DNA of 52,642 nt from a virus (taxonomy: Duplodnaviria; Caudoviricetes), in the IMG/VR virus record IMGVR_UViG_3300037337_000202, positions 1 to 52,642 of that record. One strand, given 5' to 3'. Each line of letters begins with the position of its first letter. The first letter of the stretch is position 1. Under the pieces are notes generated by a model, which saw nothing but the letters and a program-made list of their open reading frames with translations, ran no database searches and had not been told where the DNA came from. Made by a program: the position numbers and the translations under genes. This document shows positions 25,396-36,105 of this stretch, piece by piece.

Positions 25396-26706
25396 ATGAA
25401 TATCGTAGATCAATCAATTACAGATATTATCAATGCTGACTACATGGAATATTCCCTGTACACAGTACAAAACCGTGCAATTCCATCTGCAGTTGATGGA
25501 CTTAAGCCAGTTCACCGAAAACTTGTTTATGCGATGTTGAATACTCATGGTGGAAAAAAGACCAAGGTGGTTGATCTGTCTGGCATTTCCTCTCTGAATT
25601 ATCATCATGGTGAAGCAAGCGCCGCCGAGGCAGTTAATACTTTAACCGCGCCATGGAACAACAACTGTCCTGTATTTACTGGACATGGCAATTTTGGATC
25701 ACGTTTGGTTCAAGAAGCTTCGGCTGCTCGATATGTCTTTGCTTCTATCTCACCTGAGTTCAAAAAGTATTTTATTGATAATGAAGTAGCCCCAAAATCA
25801 TCTGACCCAGACAGTCCGGAGCCGGCACATTACTTGCCTTCTATTCCATGGGTACTGGTGAATGGTATCTCTGGAATCGCAGTTGGTTTCGCCACCAATA
25901 TTCTACCACGTTCAATCGACACGCTTTTGAATGAGGTAAAAACATGTCTAAAAAATCCAGAAAAGTATCTTCTGGCCAACAAGGATGTGCCTCCAACATA
26001 CCCCGAATTTCGCGGTAAAGTAATTAAAGGCGAGACCAATCAATGGATCACCACTGGTATCATTGACTATACCAGTAAAAATACTTACAAAATATCTGAA
26101 GTTCCTGTTGGATATGACCGAGAGACCTATATCGGTGTATTACATGATCTAATCGATAGCGATAAAATTCGTGATTTTGAGGATGATTGCTCAGAAGAAG
26201 GTTTCGGCTTTACTGTAAAAGTAACTCCTGCACAAAAAGATAAAATCGATACTGACCCCCTAAAATATTTCAAGCTGATCAAGCCAAAGACTGAGAATCT
26301 AACCACTCTTGGCGTGGATGGTAGGCTGAAAATCTTCGAGACCATTTCCGAACTCGTTGCCTACTTTGTTGAATATCGTCTCTCAAAGTTCGGTGATAAA
26401 TTAGAGTATGAAAAAGAAACTCTTATCGGTGACATTCAGGAAATGAAGGATCGTATTGCATTTATTCGAGCTGTTATCACTCGCAAGATCGACTTCCGGA
26501 CCATGTCAAAGGTACAGTTGCTAGAATATATCTCCGAAAATATTACCACTCACGAGTGGGGCAAGACCTTTGTCAACATTCAAATGTGGGCTTGTACTAA
26601 TGATTCAGTCGAAACACTTGCCAAAAAAATCGAAACTGCCGAATCTCACTACAAGGTTTTGCTAACAGAAACCTCAATGTCCCGCTATCTATCTGTTTTA
26701 AAATAA
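25396..26706 (+). CDS. 52: Type II topoisomerase medium subunit (gp52, GyrA/ParC-like)
   Basis: RAIPSAVDGLKPVHRK, YHHGEAS, GNFGSR, SAARY, NGISGIAVGF. Confidence 0.95.
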   Translation: MNIVDQSITDIINADYMEYSLYTVQNRAIPSAVDGLKPVHRKLVYAMLNTHGGKKTKVVDLSGISSLNYHHGEASAAEAVNTLTAPWNNNCPVFTGHGNFGSRLVQEASAARYVFASISPEFKKYFIDNEVAPKSSDPDSPEPAHYLPSIPWVLVNGISGIAVGFATNILPRSIDTLLNEVKTCLKNPEKYLLANKDVPPTYPEFRGKVIKGETNQWITTGIIDYTSKNTYKISEVPVGYDRETYIGVLHDLIDSDKIRDFEDDCSEEGFGFTVKVTPAQKDKIDTDPLKYFKLIKPKTENLTTLGVDGRLKIFETISELVAYFVEYRLSKFGDKLEYEKETLIGDIQEMKDRIAFIRAVITRKIDFRTMSKVQLLEYISENITTHEWGKTFVNIQMWACTNDSVETLAKKIETAESHYKVLLTETSMSRYLSVLK

Positions 26707-26708
26707 CT

Positions 26709-26933
26709 ATGAACACACGACTTAATGAACTAATTACTGCATCTGGAATTGGTAGATCAAACGAAGATCTACAGGAGTTCGCTAAACTAATTATCATAGA
26801 ATGTTCAACTGTATGTTACGAGCATTCTAGGGTTCTACTCCGATTTAGTCAGTTTGGTAGTAATGCAGCCGAAGATTGTTCAAAAATGATTCTACAGCAT
26901 TTTGAAAACACAGATAAAAATGAGTCCTTATAA
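26709..26933 (+). CDS. hypothetical protein
   Basis: EFAKLIIIEC motif, similar to 10272. Confidence 0.6.
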   Translation: MNTRLNELITASGIGRSNEDLQEFAKLIIIECSTVCYEHSRVLLRFSQFGSNAAEDCSKMILQHFENTDKNESL

Positions 26934-27035
26934 AATAGGTTTCGAGTTAGGTGTAGCAATTTCGCTACTTGTTGGTAAACAGGCAATATCACTTTGGTTA
27001 ATCCTGTTAATTTTTTATACAATGAAAGATATTTG

Positions 27036-27353
27036 ATGGCATACACTACAATTTACATGACAAACGGCTTTGAAGTTAAAAAAGCGCCAGTTGGTTTTTC
27101 TTGGACCACTGCACTTTTTGGTGGGTTTCCTGCACTATTTCGTCAACATTGGATTTGGGGCATCGCTATTATTCTAGCCAATATCGTCACCTATGGTATT
27201 GCCGGCATTATAATGGGCTTTTTCTACAATAAAATTTATATTAAGGATCTTTTCAAGAATGGATATCGAGTAGATAATCTAGGTGGGATGTCTGAAAATG
27301 CGCTTAAGATGTATTTGGGATATCTTGAATTCCCGAACGAGCAAAAGCTTTAA
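27036..27353 (+). CDS. membrane protein
   Basis: KAPVGFSWT..FG.FPALFR; YNKIYIK.L..GY. Confidence 0.7.
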   Translation: MAYTTIYMTNGFEVKKAPVGFSWTTALFGGFPALFRQHWIWGIAIILANIVTYGIAGIIMGFFYNKIYIKDLFKNGYRVDNLGGMSENALKMYLGYLEFPNEQKL

Positions 27354-27354
27354 T

Positions 27355-27765
27355 ATGAAAAACTTGTTTTTTTCTTTTCTGATCTTTCTTGCTTTGTCGG
27401 CTAATGCGTCCGACAAATGGTATACAGTAACCAAGAGTTCGGATGGTGAAACGGTACTTGTTGTTAAACCAAGTTCCTTTTCTGCTCATCGTGATAAAGA
27501 TTCTGGTAGTTCAATAGGTGCTATTTTTCGAACTATTGAGTCTGATAAAATCTCAGAATACTTTATTATTGTTAACTCACGGAGTTGCACGGAGAGTGGT
27601 GGTAATATTCTATTGCGCAGTAAGATTGGAGATAGTTGGGAGAATGTGGCTGAATCTTCTTGGGCTGCAACTGGCACTACGCTTTATGATGCTTCCGGGC
27701 AGACTCTTTGCGCAATGCTAGAGATGAAGCTCGAGGCGGAGCGAAAGTCTTTACCAAGTATCTAA
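27355..27765 (+). CDS. putative exported protein
   Basis: Signal peptide ending ANA; paired Cys. Confidence 0.65.
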   Translation: MKNLFFSFLIFLALSANASDKWYTVTKSSDGETVLVVKPSSFSAHRDKDSGSSIGAIFRTIESDKISEYFIIVNSRSCTESGGNILLRSKIGDSWENVAESSWAATGTTLYDASGQTLCAMLEMKLEAERKSLPSI

Positions 27766-27815
27766 ATTTTACTTTTATTCTGAGACGTGGTATAATAACT
27801 TATTAACAAGGAAAC

Positions 27816-28193
27816 ATGATGAATAAAATTACCGAATACACAGTACAAGTCGATGAAGAAAAAACTCAATGGTTCTTGAATGGAGTACTCCATCGGCACG
27901 ATGGCCCAGCAGTTGAGTATAACAATGGCCACAAGATTTGGTACTTGAATGGGAAATACCATCGTGCCGATGGACCAGCCCATGAGTATTCTAATGGCCA
28001 CAAGATTTGGTACTTGAATGGGAAAGCCCATCGTGCCGATGGACCAGCTATTGAGTATTCCGATGGCCATAAGTCATGGTACTTAGAAGGTGTAAAAGTA
28101 ACCGAACAGGCTGTGATGAAACCGGTCAAAGAAATGACGATTGTCGAAATCGAAGCCTTGCTTGGACACCCCATCCAGATCATTGCTGGCTAA
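27816..28193 (+). CDS. 22-aa repeat protein (HRxDGPA), 3 repeats
   Basis: WxLNGxxHRxDGPAxEY tandem units. Confidence 0.85.
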   Translation: MMNKITEYTVQVDEEKTQWFLNGVLHRHDGPAVEYNNGHKIWYLNGKYHRADGPAHEYSNGHKIWYLNGKAHRADGPAIEYSDGHKSWYLEGVKVTEQAVMKPVKEMTIVEIEALLGHPIQIIAG

Positions 28194-28537
28194 GATTAAC
28201 TTTTATTCTGTGGTGTGGTATAATAACTTATTAACAAGGAAACATGATGCTCACTATTACAGAAGCCCGCGCAAAAACTAACTCGAGTTCTGCGGCACTG
28301 GCTGTTCTCATAGAAAGGTGCATTTGAACTAGACGGGAATGAAATTTTTATTTCTCGCCTGTTCAAGGCAGGTTACATGATCAAAAAAGATGACACTGAT
28401 ACCGAAATTGTAGATCGGTGGTTTCAGAATGTGTGCAGGCATGTGGACATGGGAACATGGGAACAAGAAGAAGCAATAAAGAAGAGTGGTATATGGGTTA
28501 GAACCACAGACATTGGCAACGGGCGTAGTGAAGTATC

Positions 28538-29011
28538 ATGATTTTTAATCATATCAAGCAGCTCAAGGCAGATTGTCAAAAGATTGGAATTGTTTTTTCG
28601 TCATTTGATATGTTTCACGCCGGACACATTGCTATGTTGAGTGAAGCCAAGAATCATTGCGATTATCTTATTGCTGGACTACAAACTGATCCCACAATAG
28701 ATAGGCCCGACACCAAAAACAAGCCAGTACAAACTGTGGTAGAGCGTCAGATACAATTAGCAGCATGTCGGTACGTGGACGAAGTTGTGGTATACCAAAC
28801 TGAACAAGATCTTGCAGACCTATTGCTTATTTTACCAATTGATGTACGCATCCTGGGTGTTGAGTACGAAGGTAAAGACTTCAGCGGCAAACTAGAATGC
28901 GACATGCGAGGAATCAGACTTGTGTTTAATTCTCGTAATCATAGTTTCTCCAGCAGCAGCCTGCGCAAACGTGTAGTAAGTGCCGAAACTGTAAAGACTC
29001 TTAAAGAATGA
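28538..29011 (+). CDS. Cytidylyltransferase-family (TagD-like) protein
   Basis: FDMFHAGH, ACRYVDEV, RNHSFSSS.LR. Confidence 0.85.
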   Translation: MIFNHIKQLKADCQKIGIVFSSFDMFHAGHIAMLSEAKNHCDYLIAGLQTDPTIDRPDTKNKPVQTVVERQIQLAACRYVDEVVVYQTEQDLADLLLILPIDVRILGVEYEGKDFSGKLECDMRGIRLVFNSRNHSFSSSSLRKRVVSAETVKTLKE

Positions 29012-29250
29012 TCTTGTATGTAAATGGCGATAGTCATGCTGCTGGTGCCGAAGCAGTTGTTCCTTACGGCTGGGCCCAGCGGGTAAAGATTGCGCTGGGG
29101 CATGGGCAAACAGTCACACCCGGACAACTTGAAAGCCAGCTTTGGCCGCGAACTTGCTAATCACCTGTATGCTATACTAGAATGTGATGCACAGTCAGGT
29201 GGTGGATTCAAAAGCATGGGCAAAAAATCCAAGGAAGAAGTCTGGCAGCA
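29008..29250 (+). pseudogene. Frameshifted SGNH-hydrolase-like gene fragment
   Basis: MILYVNGDSHAAG start, continuing in another frame as HPDNLKASFGRELAN. Confidence 0.5.
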
Positions 29251-29319
29251 CTACGTGATCAGGTGGTAAGTTTTACTTTTATTCTGAGACGTGTTATAAT
29301 AACTTACCAACAAGGAAAT

Positions 29320-29697
29320 ATGATGAATAAAATTACCGAATACATAGTACAAGCCGATAAAGAAAAAACCCAGTGGTTCCTGAATGGTAAACTCCATCGT
29401 GCTGGCGGCCCAGCCGTTGAGTATTATAATGGCCACAAGGAGTGGTACCGAAATGGTAAACTCCACCGCGTCAACGGACCAGCTATTGAGTATTCCGATG
29501 GACAAAGGGAGTGGTTCTTGAATGGAAACCCACACCGTGCCGACGGCCCAGCCGTTAAGTTGTCCAATGGTCACAAGGAATGGTTCTTGAATGGTGAGAA
29601 AGTAACCGAACAGGCTGTGATGAAACCGGTCAAGAAAATAACGGTTGTCGAAATCGAAGCCTTGCTTGGTTATTCCATCAAGATCATTGCTGGTTAA
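29320..29697 (+). CDS. 22-aa repeat protein, 3 repeats
   Basis: Same repeat family; own promoter. Confidence 0.85.
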   Translation: MMNKITEYIVQADKEKTQWFLNGKLHRAGGPAVEYYNGHKEWYRNGKLHRVNGPAIEYSDGQREWFLNGNPHRADGPAVKLSNGHKEWFLNGEKVTEQAVMKPVKKITVVEIEALLGYSIKIIAG

Positions 29698-29748
29698 GGT
29701 TTTACTTTTATTCTGTGGTGTGGTATAATAACTTATCAACACGGAAAC

Positions 29749-30195
29749 ATGATGAATAAAATTATCGAATACACAGTACAAGTCGATGCACACAAAACCC
29801 AGTGGTTCCTAAATGGTAGACTCCACCGTACTGATGGGCCAGCCGTTGAGTATAATAATGGCACTAAGTCGTGGTACTTGAATGGTGAACTCCACCGGTC
29901 CAATGGACCAGCCGCTGAGTATAACAATGGCGACAAGATTTGGTTCTTGAATGGTAAACTCCATCGTACTGATGGACCAGCCGTTAAGTGGTCCGATGGC
30001 ACCAAGTCATGGTACTTGAATGGTAAACTCCATCGTACTGATGGCCCAGCTATTGAGTATTCAAACGGCGGCGGGTCGTGGTACTTAAATGATGTGAGAG
30101 TAACTGAAGAGGCTGTGATGAAACCGGTCAAGAAAATAACGGTTGTCGAAATCGAAGCCTTGCTTGGTTATTCCATCAAGATCATTGCTGGTTAA
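29749..30195 (+). CDS. 22-aa repeat protein, 4 repeats
   Basis: Same repeat family; own promoter. Confidence 0.85.
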   Translation: MMNKIIEYTVQVDAHKTQWFLNGRLHRTDGPAVEYNNGTKSWYLNGELHRSNGPAAEYNNGDKIWFLNGKLHRTDGPAVKWSDGTKSWYLNGKLHRTDGPAIEYSNGGGSWYLNDVRVTEEAVMKPVKKITVVEIEALLGYSIKIIAG

Positions 30196-30232
30196 GGTTT
30201 TACTTTTATTCTGTGGTGTGGTATAATAACTT

Positions 30233-30517
30233 ATGAAAACAAAATCCAAACTTTCTCAGATCCGCAAACTTTTCAACGATGGTATGCTTGGTAGTGTAGA
30301 CATGGTATCCGTCAAGAAAACCGGCGAGATCGTGTTTCGTCGCGAGTATTACTACCGGCTCAATAATTCTGCACAAAAATTCTCGGATAATGTTTCCGAG
30401 CGTCTCAAGGCAGCGGGTATTGAGTTCACTGTGGTACAAATTGGCGATCACTGGGCGCCCTTTCGCGCTGGCGCATCTACGGCCAAATCTTCCCACTTTT
30501 ATATGATAATCAAGTGA
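30233..30517 (+). CDS. hypothetical early protein
   Basis: Follows a promoter. Confidence 0.65.
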   Translation: MKTKSKLSQIRKLFNDGMLGSVDMVSVKKTGEIVFRREYYYRLNNSAQKFSDNVSERLKAAGIEFTVVQIGDHWAPFRAGASTAKSSHFYMIIK

Positions 30518-30828
30518 AGCCTAAAAAACTTGCCCCAAGCCAGTATACTAAGAAACCTGTATCCAATTCAATTCAAAAATTTGCGCTTCCTGGAACCATG
30601 CTAAAAAGTAAAAGTAATCCCTTGGTAGATACTGTAACCGTACGTGACGGCGGTCTAACATTCAAAACCTACCCCTCTCGGGTAACTTCAGGTAGCTCGA
30701 CTGCCTTCAAAGAAAGCCCAGTCTATACGGGAACAGAGGTAAAGGGAATTTCCCTTGTACATAAGTCTGGTTTTATGCCTGTCTTTACTGATGAGCAAGC
30801 AGTAGATTTTGCTAACATGCGCCGTTGA
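30514..30828 (+). CDS. hypothetical phage protein
   Basis: YTG...GI...HKS...PVF...A.MRR. Confidence 0.7.
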   Translation: MKPKKLAPSQYTKKPVSNSIQKFALPGTMLKSKSNPLVDTVTVRDGGLTFKTYPSRVTSGSSTAFKESPVYTGTEVKGISLVHKSGFMPVFTDEQAVDFANMRR

Positions 30829-30881
30829 GTTTTACTTTTATTCCTGGGTCTGATATAATAACTTATCAACTCGGAAATATC

Positions 30882-31079
30882 ATGAAAACCATCACGCAAA
30901 TCAAAGCAGAACTCACCAGCCTCCGGGCCGAACACGAAGAAGCCTTGCTTAAACTCCAAGCTGAATTGAAGGACGCCCGGGCTAGAAGTGTTTACAGACC
31001 GGTTGAGCTGAGCCTAGATATGAGACTTATTTTGAAAAAAGCCGCTGCAGCAAACCTGCCCACGGACGACAAGCAGTAG
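30882..31079 (+). CDS. coiled-coil early protein, paralogue 1
   Basis: MKTITQIKAE. Confidence 0.65.
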   Translation: MKTITQIKAELTSLRAEHEEALLKLQAELKDARARSVYRPVELSLDMRLILKKAAAANLPTDDKQ

Positions 31080-31155
31080 ATTTTGCTAACACGCGCCGTT
31101 GAGTTTTACTTTTATTCCTTTGTGTGATATAATAACTTATCAACAAGGAAACATC

Positions 31156-31338
31156 ATGAAAACCATAACTCAGCTTAAAGCAGAATGCAAGGCACTCCGT
31201 GCCGAATACGAACGGTCCCTGGGCAAACTAGAAATTGAATTGAAGGCCGCCCGAGCCAGGAGTGGTTACAAACCAGTTGTGCCTAAGTACGAGCCTTACT
31301 TTGAGCAAGGACGTTGCAGTGAACCTACCCACGGTTGA
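31156..31338 (+). CDS. coiled-coil early protein, paralogue 2
   Basis: MKTITQLKAE. Confidence 0.65.
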   Translation: MKTITQLKAECKALRAEYERSLGKLEIELKAARARSGYKPVVPKYEPYFEQGRCSEPTHG

Positions 31339-31548
31339 GAAAGCAGGCGTTGTTTAATATACACACCACGGAAAGTTATCAATGACCAAACCCAAACCGC
31401 AAGAAAAGAACTGCCAATCTTGTCTCCATCAAGCCTCTGGCCTCTCACATAATTACCTTTGGCAAGAATGCACCAAAGGGTGGGGCAAGCCAATGATGAT
31501 TGGTGTAGTTAAAAATATGTGCGGCATGTACCAACCCAAAAAATAATT

Positions 31549-32106
31549 ATGAACCACTCTATTCAACCAATCGATGTCCGCAATTCTTGGCACTGGAATT
31601 TACTAAAATTTGCCGGTCGAACAAAGTATCTTCTCCCACGGCATCGTCAATTAGACAATCCCGTTACCAGCTGCAATTATGTACGTGCCGTTCTATTTGC
31701 CATGGCCAAGGTTGTGCTTTGTCTGTTCTTGACACTTTTTCTATCCTACTTCGTGACCCTCACGATTATCTTAAATGTTATCTACCAGTGGAATATCACT
31801 GGTGATTTTCATCATGTGATGGAGATTATGCTATTGGATTTATCAGAACCTTATGGGACCATAGTTGTTCTAATAACTACGGCTCTCTTTGTTGGCGTTT
31901 CCTTGTGCGTCTCCCTCGGACTCATCTTTTCTGCAATAGCTACCAGTAACTTCATCTCGGTGAGAAACCGGCAGCGCCGCCACTCAATTTGGAAGGCCGA
32001 GGGGCGCACCGGCCTTCCAGCAGAACCAGCATACAAAAATTCCTCAACCTACAAGTTATACAAATCTTTTTCAGACAAGTACTGCGTGCCTATCCGAACC
32101 GAGTAA
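31549..32106 (+). CDS. membrane protein
   Basis: Two hydrophobic segments; C-terminal KYCVPI. Confidence 0.65.
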   Translation: MNHSIQPIDVRNSWHWNLLKFAGRTKYLLPRHRQLDNPVTSCNYVRAVLFAMAKVVLCLFLTLFLSYFVTLTIILNVIYQWNITGDFHHVMEIMLLDLSEPYGTIVVLITTALFVGVSLCVSLGLIFSAIATSNFISVRNRQRRHSIWKAEGRTGLPAEPAYKNSSTYKLYKSFSDKYCVPIRTE

Positions 32107-32254
32107 GTCTATGTTCGAGATTCTAATGACTGGTTCTATAGTAAAGGGGAGATCATGCAACCCTTTCTCTGGCAAGCAAACAAGAATCTAGTCCTTGTGT
32201 AGTTTTACTTTTATTCTGAGACATGGTATAACAACTTATCAACAAGGAAACATC

Positions 32255-32698
32255 ATGAACAACACCACCGAATACACAGTACAAGTCGATGAAGAAAAAA
32301 CCCAATGGTTCTTTAATGGTAAACTCCATCGTACTGATGGCCCAGCAGTTGAGTATAATAATGGCGACAAGGCGTGGTTCCTGAATGGTAGGCGCCACCG
32401 TACCGATGGACCAGCTATTGAGTATAATAATGGCGACAAGTCGTGGTACTTGCATGGCGTACTCCATCGGACCGATGGACCAGCCGTTGAGTGGTCCGAT
32501 GGCCACAAGATTTGGTACTTGAATGGTAAACCCCATCGTGCCGATGGACCAGCCGTTGAGTATTCTAATGGCCACAAGATTTGGTACTTGAATGGTGAGA
32601 AAGTAACCGAACGGGCTGTAATGAAACCGGTCAAAGAAATGACGGTTGTCGAAATCGAAGCCTTGCTTGGTTATTCCATCAAGATCATTGTTGGTTAA
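32255..32698 (+). CDS. 22-aa repeat protein, 4 repeats
   Basis: Same repeat family; own promoter. Confidence 0.85.
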   Translation: MNNTTEYTVQVDEEKTQWFFNGKLHRTDGPAVEYNNGDKAWFLNGRRHRTDGPAIEYNNGDKSWYLHGVLHRTDGPAVEWSDGHKIWYLNGKPHRADGPAVEYSNGHKIWYLNGEKVTERAVMKPVKEMTVVEIEALLGYSIKIIVG

Positions 32699-32754
32699 AG
32701 TTTCTCCCACACATCTAGATTTTACTTTTACTCTTACCTGTGGTATAATACCTC

Positions 32755-33021
32755 ATGACACAAAATCTACTCTCAGACTACTCCAAGGAACTAAAGCAAG
32801 ACTCTGAAATGAGTCTTGAAAGTCTTATCGACAGCCATCGATATCTCAGAGAACGGTATAAAAATGCCCGCGCTGAGGGTCTAGAGCAGCTACTTCGGTT
32901 TCGAGAGCTTGGGACCGAGCAAGGATATGCAACTGTTACAAATGGTGAATACATTGCCATCTCAAAGCTTAAGAGTATGACCCTTGCCGAAATTGTTGAC
33001 TTCATTGGTACGAAAGATTAA
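32755..33021 (+). CDS. hypothetical early protein
   Basis: Follows a promoter. Confidence 0.6.
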   Translation: MTQNLLSDYSKELKQDSEMSLESLIDSHRYLRERYKNARAEGLEQLLRFRELGTEQGYATVTNGEYIAISKLKSMTLAEIVDFIGTKD

Positions 33022-33022
33022 A

Positions 33023-33295
33023 ATGAGATTGCTAATCAATGAACCTATTCTACTGACATTAAATCTTCAGGGTGAAGAATGGTATGAGTTTTCTTGCATT
33101 CTTACCTTCTTTAGCATTCGTACAGCAGTCGAAGGTAGATTTTTTATTCTCCTAGCTCAAAAAATCAACTTGGACGAGATTAAGATTAATGAATTTCTTA
33201 GCTTCCTAGACAGTAGTGAATATGTCCTTTCATATGGCAATCTAGGTGGCGCTGGCTGTGAACTGTCACTGAATATGAGTAAACCACAACTATGA
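33023..33295 (+). CDS. hypothetical protein
   Basis: ORF. Confidence 0.45.
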   Translation: MRLLINEPILLTLNLQGEEWYEFSCILTFFSIRTAVEGRFFILLAQKINLDEIKINEFLSFLDSSEYVLSYGNLGGAGCELSLNMSKPQL

Positions 33296-33470
33296 TTGAC
33301 TATTTACTACTATTACTGTTTTTAGCCCTATTAGCCCTATTGATATGTGGTTTTCTATTGGTAATGTACAATTTAGACAATGAGTAAACCACAACCATGA
33401 TTGACTATTTACTACTATTACTGTTTTTAGCCCTAATGATATGTGGTTTTCTATTGGTAATGGATTCAGT
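33275..33470 (+). repeat. About 105-bp tandem duplication of a small membrane-protein start
   Basis: ATGAGTAAACCACAAC.ATGATTGACTATTTACTACTATTACTG at 33275 and 33380. Confidence 0.85.
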
Positions 33471-33572
33471 TCTAGAGTCAGTAGATAAAAAAGCCAGGGT
33501 CATTGATTCAGCCATCGGTGGCTTTGTTATGGGCTCATTTTTCTCACTGTGTTTTGCCATTATTAATAGACT

Positions 33573-34229
33573 ATGAATAAAGAAGATTATAAAAAATATC
33601 CTAATCATTTTGTGGCTAGCGATATTCACTTCAATCACAAAAACATTCTAAAGTATAATGCTGCTAGTCGCGGTGATGGCCGCGACTATGATACTCTGAC
33701 TGAAGACGAGATTACAGACCTCGTCCACAAAATGAATGAGAAAATCATCGCCAACTGGAATTCTATGATTGGTCCAGATGATAACACATTTATCTTGGGT
33801 GATCTGTTCATGGGCCAAATGAAGTTTGCCGTAGATATCTTGAACCGAATGAATGGCTTCAAGTCGATTATTCTCGGTAACCATGATCGGGGACTAATGA
33901 AGTTGCCTGAGTTTCAAACCCGGGAAAGCAAACTGGCTATTAAAGTGTTGAGTACTCGGGACTATCTTTGCTTCTCACCCCGTAAGGGTGTTGGTATGGT
34001 ATTCAGCCACTTTCCGATGGCGAGTTGGGACGGCATGAGTAAAGCTGCCATACATTGTCACGGACATCTTCATGGGGCTCCAGTTCAAGTAATTGATGCT
34101 AAAAATAAACGTATTATGGATGTTGGCATTGATACTAATAATCTATTCCCATACCATATTGAAGAAGTTATCTCAAAAATGCAGAAGATCGAACTACCAA
34201 AACACGATCACCACATGAAGGAGCTCTGA
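33573..34229 (+). CDS. Calcineurin-like metallophosphoesterase
   Basis: SDIHF, LGD, GNHD, HFP, HGHLH. Confidence 0.9.
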   Translation: MNKEDYKKYPNHFVASDIHFNHKNILKYNAASRGDGRDYDTLTEDEITDLVHKMNEKIIANWNSMIGPDDNTFILGDLFMGQMKFAVDILNRMNGFKSIILGNHDRGLMKLPEFQTRESKLAIKVLSTRDYLCFSPRKGVGMVFSHFPMASWDGMSKAAIHCHGHLHGAPVQVIDAKNKRIMDVGIDTNNLFPYHIEEVISKMQKIELPKHDHHMKEL

Positions 34230-34570
34230 GAATGACTATCATACCACGCCCTACTTATGAAAATAATAAAACTTATCCTATTCTTGTTCGGTGTGGTGGA
34301 TATAACAAAATTGTAGAGATGCTCGGGATTCATGTCAATGCCTATAATCTAGCCTTAGCCACACAGTTAAGTATAAAAAATTCTAAACCATAGAAAGACC
34401 ATATTATGATAGTAGAACTTGAAACAGATAAAAGCGGCTCTTGTATTTTGCCGCATCTGCAAAACATGGTAAAAATTTTACTGTGATCATAGAAGAAACA
34501 CTCAAAATTTTAACAACTGTCGAAATATTAGAAGAATACTTAATAGGAAACATAAAATGGACAGAAAAAT

Positions 34571-35027
34571 ATGACTCAAAATACAAAGCAAAATATCTTA
34601 ACCCATAACAATCAGCTCATCCTGATAAGGGGGTTACCCAGGCAGTGGTAAATCCACATTAGCTCGTGATATAATGGGCTCACGAGAGCCTGGTACGGTA
34701 GCCTGGTTTGAGGCAGATCATTATTTTTATGATAAAGCCGGAAACTATAACTGGGATGGAATGAAGATTGGAAATGCACACTCCTGGTGTCAGAATTCAA
34801 CCTATGAAGCCTTTGAACAGGGTAAAACGGTTATCGTATCAAATACATTTACATTGAAACGAGAACTGAAACCATATTTTGGTATGATTCAGGATTATAA
34901 AAAGGATCCAACAGTTATCTGCCTACAATCTAATTGGGGCTCTATTCATGGTGTGCCCGATAATGTCCTAGCCAATATGAGCAAAAGATTTGAATTTGAC
35001 ATTGAAGATCTATTTTTAAAAAATTAA
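34571..35027 (+). CDS. P-loop kinase/ATPase with a +1 frame break in the Walker A motif
   Basis: LILIRGLP (frame 0) + GSGKSTLA (frame +1); EADHYF, AHSWCQ, VSNTF, SIHGVP. Confidence 0.8.
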
Positions 35028-35031
35028 TATA

Positions 35032-35886
35032 ATGAAACAATATCACGACGCCCTAAACCATATTCTAGAAACCGGTAAGAAAAAAGATGATCGTACCGGA
35101 GTAGGTACTCAGTCTGTTTTTGGTTATCAAATGCGCTTTGATTTACAAGAGGGATTTCCAGCAATTACAACCAAAAAACTTGCTTGGAAAAGTGTGGTTA
35201 GCGAACTATTGTGGTTTTTAGAGGGTAGTGGAGATGAACGCCGTCTTGCGAAAATCCTACATGGTACACGAGATTCTAGTAAATCAACTATTTGGACTGC
35301 TAATGCCGATGCCGAATATTGGAAACCAAAGGCCAAATTCGATGGTGATTTAGGTCGGGTTTACGGGGTTCAATGGAGGCATTGGCGCGCAACGGGTCAA
35401 TTAGACTCATTAAGGGAAATCGATCAATTATCTATTCTGATCGATGGGTTAAAAAATGATCCCAATAGCCGTAGGCATATTCTTAGTGCCTGGAATCCAG
35501 GTGAACTAGACCAAATGGCTTTACCCCCATGTCATATTCTAAGCCAATTTGATGTGACCGATGGCAAACTAAGTTGTCAATTATATCAGCGTAGCGCAGA
35601 TATGTTCCTAGGTGTCCCGTTCAACATTGCCAGTTATAGTTTACTGACACATATCATCGCCAAGGAATGTAATCTAGAGGTTGGTGAGTTTATCTGGGTC
35701 GGTGGTGATTGCCATATCTATAACAATCATATCGATGCAGTAAAGGAACAACTCGGCCGTGACTATCGAGCGCTACCTACATTAGGTATTACTGATAAGT
35801 TGTCATGGGATCAATACAGCTTGAATGATTTTACATTAGTAGGATATGATCCACACCCAGCCATCAAAGCACCAATGGCAGTATAA
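35032..35886 (+). CDS. thyA: Thymidylate synthase
   Basis: [37 protein letters not shown]. Confidence 0.97.
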   Translation: MKQYHDALNHILETGKKKDDRTGVGTQSVFGYQMRFDLQEGFPAITTKKLAWKSVVSELLWFLEGSGDERRLAKILHGTRDSSKSTIWTANADAEYWKPKAKFDGDLGRVYGVQWRHWRATGQLDSLREIDQLSILIDGLKNDPNSRRHILSAWNPGELDQMALPPCHILSQFDVTDGKLSCQLYQRSADMFLGVPFNIASYSLLTHIIAKECNLEVGEFIWVGGDCHIYNNHIDAVKEQLGRDYRALPTLGITDKLSWDQYSLNDFTLVGYDPHPAIKAPMAV

Positions 35887-35889
35887 CTT

Positions 35890-36105
35890 ATGAAAACTTT
35901 ACTTTCCACCCGCCCATTGACTCCAGAAACTAAGGCGACCCAGCGTGGCTGGGTCTGCATATCCACCGGAGAACTACTGGTGGCTGTAAAAAATCTAGCA
36001 GAAAAGTTAGGTGTCGAGGTTGCTCCGGAGGCGCCAGAGGACGCTAAGCCCGTGTTAGAGCGCGTTAAGCGTGGTCCAGGTAGACCACGGAAGGTTCCCG
36101 CTTAA
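35890..36105 (+). CDS. small protein with an AT-hook-like tail
   Basis: KRGPGRPRK. Confidence 0.65.
   Translation: MKTLLSTRPLTPETKATQRGWVCISTGELLVAVKNLAEKLGVEVAPEAPEDAKPVLERVKRGPGRPRKVPA

Noticed and set aside
27816-32698. Repeat genes as a diversity-generating retroelement or CRISPR array
   Set aside because: No reverse transcriptase or cas gene in the window. The units are in-frame coding repeats without spacers, and the differences are not confined to adenines.
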